From an uncultured Pelagibacteraceae bacterium (lineage in GTDB: Bacteria > Pseudomonadota > Alphaproteobacteria > Pelagibacterales > Pelagibacteraceae): DNA of 64,000 nt. Both the position numbers and the translations under genes were made by a program. Below, piece after piece: positions 42,136 through 50,272 of this stretch. The stretch spans positions 10,502 through 74,501 of the forward strand of contig CACMUH010000002.1 in assembly GCA_902616875.1 (NCBI GenBank), written 5' to 3'. Below the pieces are notes generated by a model, which ran no database searches, was not told where the DNA came from, and worked only from the letters and a program-made list of their open reading frames with translations. Positions within the stretch are counted from its first letter, which is position 1; each line of letters starts with the position of its first letter.

Positions 42136-43633
42136 AAGTAAAAATAGTTTAAAATTAAATCAGGCTAAATTAGCTATAATAGACATTGGATCAAACTCTA
42201 TAAGAATGCTAATTTATGAAGATTTCAGTTCTTCTCGTGTGCCTTTTTTTAATGAAAAAGCAGTTTGTGAACTTGGAAAAAATTTAGATAAATCGAAAAA
42301 ACTTCACAGATCTGGTACTGAATATGCTTTAAAAGTTTTAAAAAGATTTTCTGAAATTTTAAATGTTTCAAAAATCACAAATCTAAAGATTATTGCAACA
42401 GCAGTTATAAGAGAAGCAACTGATACAAAACCTTTTATTGATGAAGTTGAAAAACTTTTTAAAACTAAGATTAATATATTATCAGGCGAAGAAGAAGCTA
42501 AATGCACAGCTGAGGGAGTAAAAATAGGTTTTGAAAATGTTGATGGATTAGTTGCTGACCTTGGCGGTGGTAGTTTGGAGTTAGCCCGAGTTGAAAACAA
42601 TATAGTAACCAATAAAACCTCATTACCTGTTGGTGTTTTAAGATTAATGAATAATCCTATAGTTAAAAAAAGAAATTTAGCAAAATATATTAAAAAATTA
42701 TTAAGAGATGAAAAATGGCTCTCAAAAAAGAAATTTAATAATTTATATTTAGTTGGAGGTACTTGGCGTGCATTATTTAAATTACATCTTTTTCAAAATA
42801 ATCATCCAGTACACATAATTCATCAATATAGTATTGATAATAATGTTTTATCTAAGTTTGTTGAAAAAATTTCTTCTTTTAATAAATCCAAACTTAAAAC
42901 AGTTGAGTATATTTCAAAATCTAGAACACCATATTTACCTTATAGCTGTATTATACTTGATGAAATTATGAAAGTTTCAAATCCAAAAAAAATTATTTGT
43001 TCTATCAGTGGTTTGCGTGAAGGATCTTTATCAATTGACCATTTTAAAGATGTAAAAGAATCTGAAATTTTTTACAAAGCAATTGAGAAGGTTGCGCAAA
43101 AAAGAGGTGATTTAGGGTCAAATTATAAAAAATATTATGATTTTATTCATCCAGTTTTTGAAGGTAATGAGCACTTTAATAAGAAATTATTATATCTGGC
43201 ATGTGTATTAAGTCATATGGATTGGGGATTGGGAGCATTTCAAAAAGCTGAATTGGTATTTCAAGAAACGATAAATACTCCTTTACTTAGATTGACTCAT
43301 AAAGAAAGAATACAATTAGCTTTGTCATGCTATTGGCGGTACTGTAGTATCAAGTATAATCCAAAGATTGAGTATTTAACTTTTTTGAATAATAATGAAA
43401 TTTTTTCAAGCAAACAAGTTGGTGCAGCATTGAGATTTTCACAATCATTGACCTCGATATCTACGATATTTCTTGAAGAGTTTAAATTGTATAAAAGAGG
43501 TAATGCTGTATTTTTAAAAATTCCATCACAACATCAAGAAATAATCTCAAAACAAGTTACCAAAAGATTTAAAGCTCTTGCTAGAGAATTATTTTTAGAG
43601 CCAAGAGTAATTTACTCAAATAATTCAAAATAA
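42122..43633 (+). CDS. ppx: Exopolyphosphatase (Ppx/GppA family)
   Basis: IDIGSNSIR, SGEEEA, DLGGGSLE, VGGTWR, GLREG; overlaps the ppk end. Confidence 0.94.
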   Translation: MEVIKSKNSLKLNQAKLAIIDIGSNSIRMLIYEDFSSSRVPFFNEKAVCELGKNLDKSKKLHRSGTEYALKVLKRFSEILNVSKITNLKIIATAVIREATDTKPFIDEVEKLFKTKINILSGEEEAKCTAEGVKIGFENVDGLVADLGGGSLELARVENNIVTNKTSLPVGVLRLMNNPIVKKRNLAKYIKKLLRDEKWLSKKKFNNLYLVGGTWRALFKLHLFQNNHPVHIIHQYSIDNNVLSKFVEKISSFNKSKLKTVEYISKSRTPYLPYSCIILDEIMKVSNPKKIICSISGLREGSLSIDHFKDVKESEIFYKAIEKVAQKRGDLGSNYKKYYDFIHPVFEGNEHFNKKLLYLACVLSHMDWGLGAFQKAELVFQETINTPLLRLTHKERIQLALSCYWRYCSIKYNPKIEYLTFLNNNEIFSSKQVGAALRFSQSLTSISTIFLEEFKLYKRGNAVFLKIPSQHQEIISKQVTKRFKALARELFLEPRVIYSNNSK

Positions 43634-43693
43634 ACTTAAATTAATTAAACTTTAATAATAAGTAAATATTTCTGTAACTTAATCTTTTTAAGA

Positions 43694-43750
43694 TAATTTA
43701 CAAAATTTAAATATTCATTATTTTTTCCCCTGTTTAAATTTTGTTAATTA
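43694..43750. repeat. Inverted repeat / hairpin with 21-nt loop
   Basis: TAATT-T-ACAAAATTTAAA [TATTCATTATTTTTTCCCCTG] TTTAAATTTTGT-T-AATTA. Confidence 0.6.
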
Positions 43751-43753
43751 GCT

Positions 43754-43789
43754 TCTTTCTTCCTTCTCATTTAAGAGAAGGAAGAAAGA
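43754..43789. repeat. Perfect 15-bp hairpin between convergent genes, no U-tract
   Basis: TCTTTCTTCCTTCTC-ATTTAA-GAGAAGGAAGAAAGA. Confidence 0.8.
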
Positions 43790-43799
43790 CAATTTGGAA

Positions 43800-44009
43800 T
43801 TAATTATTTATAGATGCAGGAGACTGCTCTGCGTTCTTCTTAGCAAGTTTTTTTGCTTTTTTTTCAGCAACCTTTTTTTCTAGACCAGCAATTTTAATAT
43901 TAAGGCTTGATAATTTTTTTTCTTTAGCTGTAATTTTATTTTTAAGTTTATCAATTGATTTTAATATTTTTGTTTTTTTCTTTTCATTCTTTTTTAGTTT
44001 TTTTCTCAT
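43800..44009 (-). CDS. Small lysine-rich coiled-coil protein (69 aa)
   Basis: GGAGG RBS 5 nt before the ATG; overlaps no other gene; 24 Lys by manual count; downstream hairpin. Confidence 0.8.
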   Translation of the reverse strand: MRKKLKKNEKKKTKILKSIDKLKNKITAKEKKLSSLNIKIAGLEKKVAEKKAKKLAKKNAEQSPASINN

Positions 44010-44088
44010 TACTGCCTCCGAATTATTTGATACTTAATTTAATCATATAATCCTAAAATAAAAAGGATATTTTGTTACAACCTATAGT

Positions 44089-44580
44089 TTATAGTTTTTT
44101 AAGACCTGTTATTAAATAAAAAAACATTGCTATATGAGAACTATTATTGAATTTTTGATTTAATATTAATTTAAATATCTCTCTTTGATTAAAAAGATGA
44201 ATTCTAATACCTTGTTCTGGTTTCGAAATTTTAATTAAGTCTTCTGTGTAATAACCAGTAATTTTAGTAGTTAGTCTTCCAGGTTCAGTATAAAAAGTTA
44301 TTATTTTACTCAATTTTGATCTTGATCTATATCCTGTTTCTTCTCTTAATTCCTTATATGCTGATTGCAGAGTTGTTTCCTTTTTTTCCACTATGCCAGA
44401 AGGAAACTCGTAATTAATTTTATTAATTGGAACTTTTTTTTGGGAAACTACTACATATTTGTCTTTAATCTTAGGTATTACTAATGAAAGATTAGAAGTT
44501 TTAAGATAATGATAAAACTCTTTTTTTTTAAATTTTTTGTTAATTAAACTTATTCGATTGGTAAGTTTTATATTTTTCAA
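44089..44580 (-). CDS. NUDIX hydrolase (ADP-ribose pyrophosphatase-like)
   Basis: EFPSGIVEKKETTLQSAYKELREETGY Nudix box, FYTEPG; TTG start overlaps the aquaporin TGA. Confidence 0.85.
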   Translation of the reverse strand: MKNIKLTNRISLINKKFKKKEFYHYLKTSNLSLVIPKIKDKYVVVSQKKVPINKINYEFPSGIVEKKETTLQSAYKELREETGYRSRSKLSKIITFYTEPGRLTTKITGYYTEDLIKISKPEQGIRIHLFNQREIFKLILNQKFNNSSHIAMFFYLITGLKKL

Positions 44581-45236
44581 TTTTTTTCTAAAAATAACTT
44601 TTTAACAATAAGTACAGCAATTAACATTCCAATAAGCTCAGCTAAAATATAATAAGGAGTATTTAAATAACTAATACCAGTAAAAGACTCTGTAAATGTT
44701 CTAGCAATAGCAACAGCTGGATTTGCAAAAGAGGTTGAGGAAGTAAACCAATAACCTGCAGTAATGTAAAGCCCAACACTAGCAGCAACAGCAATTTTAC
44801 CTGACTTCATTGAACCAAAAATTATTGTTATAAGCCCTAATGTTGCTATTACCTCAGATGTGAATATGTAAATCCCATCTCTTGACTTAGTAGATAATTC
44901 ATAAATCTCATGTTCAAAAAAGAAATTAGCTAAACCAACACCAATTAAGCAACCAACTAATTGAGCAATAATATAAAAGGGTAATAGTTTCTTTTTTAAT
45001 TTACCTGTTATTGTCATTGCGATACTTACAAATGGATTAAAGTGAGCTCCTGATACATCAGCAAATACTGTAATGAGCACAAATAAACCTGCTCCTGTTG
45101 CTATAGTATTAGCTATTAACATCACAGCAACATCATTAGTTAAGTTTTCAGCCATTAAACCTGAACCAACAATAATCATTACTAAAAAACAACTACCTAA
45201 TAATTCAGCAAGAAAATAGCGGCTTTTATTTTTCAT
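44577..45236 (-). CDS. MIP channel, AqpS-like (arsenite-conducting aquaglyceroporin)
   Basis: AELLGS, SGAHFNPF, YWFTSSTSFANPAVAIAR; coupled to arsC. Confidence 0.88.
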   Translation of the reverse strand: MKNKSRYFLAELLGSCFLVMIIVGSGLMAENLTNDVAVMLIANTIATGAGLFVLITVFADVSGAHFNPFVSIAMTITGKLKKKLLPFYIIAQLVGCLIGVGLANFFFEHEIYELSTKSRDGIYIFTSEVIATLGLITIIFGSMKSGKIAVAASVGLYITAGYWFTSSTSFANPAVAIARTFTESFTGISYLNTPYYILAELIGMLIAVLIVKKLFLEKN

Positions 45237-45657
45237 AAAGCAGTTCCTTTATTCTTTTATGAATATTATTGTAGACTTTTTCTATTATTTCATCTTTTTT
45301 ATTTAAGTCGTTTGTTTCATTAAGTAATTTAACAGGATCCTCTATATCCCAATGAATTATCTGATCTTTATTTGGCCAAATAGGACAGACTTCGTTATTG
45401 GCATTATTACAAACTGTAATAATATAATCCATTTTAATTTGACCATTAATAAACTCATTAAAATTTTTAGATCTATAATTTGAAAGATCATAATGTTTTG
45501 ACAACAAATAATTCTTCACATCATCATTTATTTTTCCTGTTGGATTACTCCCGGCACTAAAACCTTTGTACAAATCGTCATACTCATTATTTATAATACT
45601 TTCAGCAATAATACTTCTTGCTGAATTACCTGTGCAAACAAACAATATATTCTTCAT
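45226..45657 (-). CDS. arsC: Thioredoxin-type arsenate reductase (LMWP fold)
   Basis: ILFVCTGNSARS P-loop, ITVC...EVCPIWP resolving Cys pair, HWDIEDP. Confidence 0.88.
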   Translation of the reverse strand: MKNILFVCTGNSARSIIAESIINNEYDDLYKGFSAGSNPTGKINDDVKNYLLSKHYDLSNYRSKNFNEFINGQIKMDYIITVCNNANNEVCPIWPNKDQIIHWDIEDPVKLLNETNDLNKKDEIIEKVYNNIHKRIKELLYEK

Positions 45658-45879
45658 TTAAAAAATAATCTTATAAACTCCAATAACAAATAATGGAATT
45701 TGTAATCCAAAGTTTGTTAGTATCGCTTTATCTTTGCTCATAAAACCAGCTATAGTCCATCCAACAACTCCTAATCCATGAAAATATATATTTAATGGAT
45801 ATATATTTAAATTTGTAAGAAGTATTCCTACTAAAACTAGAAACGTACTGATCCACTTTAGATATTTTTTTATAAACAT
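45658..45879 (-). CDS. Small 3-TM membrane protein of unknown function (73 aa)
   Basis: GGAAGGGGA RBS; three hydrophobic segments; stop abuts the arsC ATG. Confidence 0.8.
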   Translation of the reverse strand: MFIKKYLKWISTFLVLVGILLTNLNIYPLNIYFHGLGVVGWTIAGFMSKDKAILTNFGLQIPLFVIGVYKIIF

Positions 45880-45900
45880 AAAATCCCCTTCCGTTGTTAT

Positions 45901-45930
45901 TATTTCAGTTATGTTAAGAATTTATTACAG
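45901..45930 (-). promoter_or_regulatory. Pho box (three units) upstream of the arsC operon
   Basis: Minus strand CTGTAATAAAT-TCTTAACATAA-CTGAAATA; 11-bp period, same unit as the pstS box. Confidence 0.75.
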
Positions 45931-45948
45931 TTTATAGGAAAAATAATT

Positions 45949-46680
45949 TTATTTTGTGTCTTCCCAATCAAATCTTGGAAAAGAATCAAAAATTTTAAAT
46001 ATGCCATCCGACCATTGATCACAGACCTTAGAATATTCAGTATCAGTGATATTTAAGCATTTATGTGAGGCAATTTTATATTCATCTTTTTTATAGACAG
46101 CAAAATCAATAGGAGGGCCAACTGTTAAATCACTTTTTAATGTTGAGTCCATTGAAATTAGAGCACAACGTGATGCATCACCAATAGATACGCTAGGTTT
46201 TATAACTCTATCTAAAATAGGTTTACCGTATTTTACTTCTCCAATAACTAGATAAGGTTTGCTATCAGCTGGTTTAATATAATTTCCTTGAGAGTACACT
46301 AAATACAATTCTAAAGGTTGACCTTTGATCTGACCACCAACTAAAAATGACGAACCTAATAAAACAGTATCTGTGTTTATTCCCCTAGGTGCTGAATGTT
46401 CAATATTTAATGATCCAATGTAGGATGCAATTTGATCAAAATCTTTACAGGTATTTAAATTCATTATTCCACTTTCGCCTTTAAGGTCTTTTTCAATAGA
46501 CTTGTATACTGCTTGAGATGTACCTAAGTTTCCAGAGGTAACTATAATGACACTTCTATCACCAACATCATGAACAAACATTTTTGAGTATATATTGACA
46601 TTATCTAACCCTGCATTTGTTCTAGAGTCTGAGGCAAAAACTATTCCGTCTTGAGCTTTAATGCCAACACAATAAGTCAT
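45949..46680 (-). CDS. anbu: Anbu proteasome-type Ntn protease
   Basis: M-TYCVG (Thr1 nucleophile), ASDSRTNAGLDN, SGNL, GGQI, IGEVKYGKPILDR, SMDSTLKS-LTVGPP. Confidence 0.9.
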   Translation of the reverse strand: MTYCVGIKAQDGIVFASDSRTNAGLDNVNIYSKMFVHDVGDRSVIIVTSGNLGTSQAVYKSIEKDLKGESGIMNLNTCKDFDQIASYIGSLNIEHSAPRGINTDTVLLGSSFLVGGQIKGQPLELYLVYSQGNYIKPADSKPYLVIGEVKYGKPILDRVIKPSVSIGDASRCALISMDSTLKSDLTVGPPIDFAVYKKDEYKIASHKCLNITDTEYSKVCDQWSDGIFKIFDSFPRFDWEDTK

Positions 46681-46788
46681 AAGTACTATTAATATTTATT
46701 AATTAATTAACATATAATTAAATTCAAGCATAGCTGATATAACTATATCGCAATTGATTGTTTATCTTAATTATTAAACAATTGTAAG

Positions 46789-48231
46789 ATGAGCGGTAAA
46801 CTCTGGAATAATTACAATGCCACTAAAGCATATGATGGTTATTTTACTAATGAGAACAAATTAAGAAAACATGCCGTTATAATTTCAAGTATATTAGAAA
46901 GATATGGAAAAGAAAAACTTCAAGAAATTGAAAAAAATTGTCAAAGTACTATCAGCGCTAGAGGAATAAATTTTAGAGTTTATGCTGCTAATAACAGAGC
47001 AGAGGAAAAAAAATGGCCGTTAGATATTATTCCAAGAATAATTCCTAAATCACAATGGAATAAGGTGACCAAAGGTTTAAAGCAAAGAGTAAAGGCTTTA
47101 AATTTATTTATTGACGATGTCTATAATCAAAAGAAAATTTTTAAAGATAACGTTATTCCTCGAGAAATTATATTTAATTCACCTTACTATGTAAAAGAAT
47201 GTGAAGGGTTTTCACCTAAATATAAATCTTGGGCAAACATATCTGGAGTAGATTTAATCAGAAATAAAAACGGAGATTATCTAGTTTTAGAGGATAATTT
47301 AAGAGTGCCATCTGGGGTTTCTTATATGCTTGAGAACAGAATGGTAATGAGAGATGTTTTTCCTGAACTTTTTACGAGATATAAAGTTGCATCAATACAT
47401 CAATACACCAACAAACTTTTTAATTGTATGAATGAATGTATTCCTAAAAAAACTGCTCATCCACATATGGTAGTTTTGACACCAGGTATTTATAATTCTG
47501 CTTACTTTGAACATTCTTTTTTAGCAGAGCAAATGGGAATTGCATTGGTAGAGGGAAAAGATTTATTTGTTGAAAATGATAATGTTTATATGAAAACTGT
47601 AAAAGGTCCTTTGAAAGTTGATTGCATATACAGAAGATTAGACGATAATTTCTTAGATCCCAAAGCTTTTAATAAAGATTCTCTCATTGGTGTTCCTGGG
47701 TTATTCAAATGCTGGTTAAAAAAAAATGTAGGTATAATAAATGCTATTGGTACAGGTGTTGCTGACGATAAGGTAGTTTATTCATATGTAAATAAGATGA
47801 TAGTTTATTATTTAGGCGAACAACCTATTTTAAATCAAGTTGAGACATATTTGTGTCATGACGAAAGTCAAAAAAAGTATGTTTTAGAAAATTTATCTAA
47901 ACTAGTAGTCAAACCTGCAAATGCTTCAGGTGGTTATGGAATTATGATAGGTCCTAAAGCCTCAACTAAAGAAAGAGAAGAAGTCGCAGAAAAAATTAAA
48001 AAGTGTCCTCGAGAATATATTGCGCAACCTCTAGAAACTTTGTCTACTGCTCCAACAATTACTGATAAAGATATAGAACCAAGGCATTTAGACTTAAGAC
48101 CATTTGTCCTAAGTGGCAAAACCAATTATGTTACAACTGGTGGACTGACTAGAGTTGCACTCAGAAAAGGAAGTACTATTGTCAATAGTTCCCAAGGTGG
48201 TGGTTCAAAAGACACTTTGATTGTTGAATAG
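46789..48231 (+). CDS. Circularly permuted ATP-grasp type 2 protein
   Basis: PLDIIPRII, LEDNLRVPSGVSY, LTPGIYNSAYFEHSFLA, IYRRLDD, GTGVADDK, DLRPF, VNSSQGGGSKDT. Confidence 0.92.
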   Translation: MSGKLWNNYNATKAYDGYFTNENKLRKHAVIISSILERYGKEKLQEIEKNCQSTISARGINFRVYAANNRAEEKKWPLDIIPRIIPKSQWNKVTKGLKQRVKALNLFIDDVYNQKKIFKDNVIPREIIFNSPYYVKECEGFSPKYKSWANISGVDLIRNKNGDYLVLEDNLRVPSGVSYMLENRMVMRDVFPELFTRYKVASIHQYTNKLFNCMNECIPKKTAHPHMVVLTPGIYNSAYFEHSFLAEQMGIALVEGKDLFVENDNVYMKTVKGPLKVDCIYRRLDDNFLDPKAFNKDSLIGVPGLFKCWLKKNVGIINAIGTGVADDKVVYSYVNKMIVYYLGEQPILNQVETYLCHDESQKKYVLENLSKLVVKPANASGGYGIMIGPKASTKEREEVAEKIKKCPREYIAQPLETLSTAPTITDKDIEPRHLDLRPFVLSGKTNYVTTGGLTRVALRKGSTIVNSSQGGGSKDTLIVE

Positions 48232-48238
48232 AAGTATT

Positions 48239-48628
48239 TTATTTAACTTTACATTTTTTACATAATCCAAAAAATTCAAGATTATATTTAATGTATTTCA
48301 TGCCATCTTTATCCTTAAAATTAGCTAAATATTTTGAGAGACTATCACTACTTATTTCTGTTACTTTTTCACAAATTTCACAAATTGAAAATGCAGTAGC
48401 TTTAGCTACCTGACAACTTGAATTATGACATGCGATAAAGGCATTTCGACTTTCAATTTTGTGGATTTTTCCTATTTCAACCAACTTATCTAGTGCTCGA
48501 TAAACTTGTAGAGGAGCTTTAATACCTTTTTTTTGAACATTATAAAGTATCGTGTAAGCTTTAAGTGGCTCAGGTGATTTGTCAATTAAATCAAAAATAA
48601 TTTGCTGATTTTTTGAGAGGTTTTGCAT
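48239..48628 (-). CDS. zur: Zinc uptake regulator (Fur family)
   Basis: PLKAY, VYRALD, HKIES, CEIC and CKKC; in operon with znuCB. Confidence 0.92.
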   Translation of the reverse strand: MQNLSKNQQIIFDLIDKSPEPLKAYTILYNVQKKGIKAPLQVYRALDKLVEIGKIHKIESRNAFIACHNSSCQVAKATAFSICEICEKVTEISSDSLSKYLANFKDKDGMKYIKYNLEFFGLCKKCKVK

Positions 48629-48652
48629 TTATCCCATTTTACCAGTTCCTCA

Positions 48653-49456
48653 CTAATTTTTCAATTTAATTGATTGTTTAATTTTGAATAATGAAAGTAT
48701 AAATAATAATAAGGCAGCGGTTATAATTGATGGACCTGAGGATGTATTAAATTCTAAAGATGTGAACAGACCTATAATGACAGACAATAATCCTCCTATA
48801 ATTGAATAAATAACCATACTTTGTGGACTTGATGATAAATTTCTGGCCATTGCGGCAGGTATAATTAACATCCCTGTTATTAATAACAATCCTACCATTT
48901 TTATTGAAATCGCAATAATTGCTGCCATTAGGATTGTAAATATTGCTTTAGCTCTATCAGGGTTTAGACCTTCAGCTTCTGCTAGTTCATAATTTACAGT
49001 TGAGGCAAATAAAGATTTCCAAATAAATTTTAAAGTTAATAAAATCAATGCACCTCCTATCCAGATAATTAACAAGTCGTCTACTGAAACTGCTAAAATA
49101 TCTCCAAATAATAATCCCATAATATCAAACCTGATAAATGTTAAAAAACCAATCACAACAAGTCCCACCGCAAGAGATGAATGAGCTAGAAGACCCAATA
49201 AAGCATCACCTGGTAAATTCGTTTTTTTTTGAAGTTGAATCAAAATTAAAGCTATCATTGAGGAAATAACAAATACTGAAATAGCAATATTAAATTCCAT
49301 AGTAAAAGCTAATGTCACCCCCAATAGAGCAGAGTGAGCCAAGGTGTCACCAAAATAAGACAATCTTCTCCATATAACAAAGCAACCAAGAGGTCCTGTT
49401 ACAAAAGCAACTCCTATTCCTGCAACCAAAGCTCTTATAAAAAAATCATCAAACAT
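48653..49456 (-). CDS. znuB: Zinc ABC transporter permease
   Basis: WRRLSYFGDTLAHSALLG, LFGDIL. Confidence 0.94.
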   Translation of the reverse strand: MFDDFFIRALVAGIGVAFVTGPLGCFVIWRRLSYFGDTLAHSALLGVTLAFTMEFNIAISVFVISSMIALILIQLQKKTNLPGDALLGLLAHSSLAVGLVVIGFLTFIRFDIMGLLFGDILAVSVDDLLIIWIGGALILLTLKFIWKSLFASTVNYELAEAEGLNPDRAKAIFTILMAAIIAISIKMVGLLLITGMLIIPAAMARNLSSSPQSMVIYSIIGGLLSVIIGLFTSLEFNTSSGPSIITAALLLFILSLFKIKQSIKLKN

Positions 49457-50203
49457 CTAATTTTTTTTAATTTCACCTTCATTTGTATGAATATGGTCAT
49501 GCTTATGCTCATATCTAGACAATATTTGAGAAGCTTGTTCTCCAAATAAGGCTTTATACTCATTGTTTTTTGCAACATCCATTGGAGATCCTGAGCAACA
49601 AACATGGCCGTTTAAACAAACAACAAAGTCTGTTGCACTCATAACTGTATGTAAATCGTGTGAAATTAATAAGATCCCACAACTTAATTCATCAGAAATT
49701 TTCTTAATCAGTTCATATAAAGCTATTTCACCAGTAAAATCTACTCCTTGTACTGGTTCATCAAGCACTAATAGATCAGGTTTTTTTGATATAGCTCTAG
49801 CAAGTAGTACTCTTTGAAATTCACCACCTGATAAATCTCCTAGATTCTTGTCTTTCAGATGAATGACGCCAGTTAAAGATAGAGCTTCATCTATTGTCTC
49901 TTTATTAAGACTTTCTGTTAATATCATGAAATCATTTACTCTTAGCGGTAACGTCCAATCAATTGAAATTTTCTGTGGTACATATCCAACTTTGTTGGTA
50001 TATTTTTCAACTGAACCATCGATCTTTTTGTAAATACCTAAAGCAATTTTAGCTGTTGTGCTTTTTCCTGACCCATTTGGACCTATGAGAGTAACTATTT
50101 TTCCTTTTTCAACTTGTAGTGAAACACCTTTAACTAGCCATTTGTTATTCAATTGTAAACCAGCGTTATTTAATTTTACCAATATATTTTGATCAGTGCT
50201 CAT
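49457..50203 (-). CDS. znuC: Zinc ABC transporter ATPase
   Basis: GPNGSGKS, LSGGEFQR, LDEPVQGVD, CLNGHVCCSG, His-rich tail. Confidence 0.95.
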   Translation of the reverse strand: MSTDQNILVKLNNAGLQLNNKWLVKGVSLQVEKGKIVTLIGPNGSGKSTTAKIALGIYKKIDGSVEKYTNKVGYVPQKISIDWTLPLRVNDFMILTESLNKETIDEALSLTGVIHLKDKNLGDLSGGEFQRVLLARAISKKPDLLVLDEPVQGVDFTGEIALYELIKKISDELSCGILLISHDLHTVMSATDFVVCLNGHVCCSGSPMDVAKNNEYKALFGEQASQILSRYEHKHDHIHTNEGEIKKN

Positions 50204-50222
50204 TTTTTTCTTGACTAATAAA

Positions 50223-50255
50223 TGTTATATTATTACATCCTGTTATATTATAACA
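50223..50255. promoter_or_regulatory. Two tandem Zur boxes
   Basis: TGTTATA-T-TATTACA (50223-37) and perfect TGTTATA-T-TATAACA (50241-55); match the proteobacterial Zur core TGTTATANTATAACA. Confidence 0.88.
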
Positions 50256-50272
50256 ATCTAAATATAAAACAT

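Noticed and set aside
43754-43789. Hairpin called as a standard Rho-independent terminator
   Set aside because: No U-tract on either strand; kept as a hairpin of unknown function.
45226-45657. Low-molecular-weight protein tyrosine phosphatase instead of ArsC
   Set aside because: The distal Cys pair (ITVC...VCP) and coupling to an AqpS-like channel indicate arsenate reductase.
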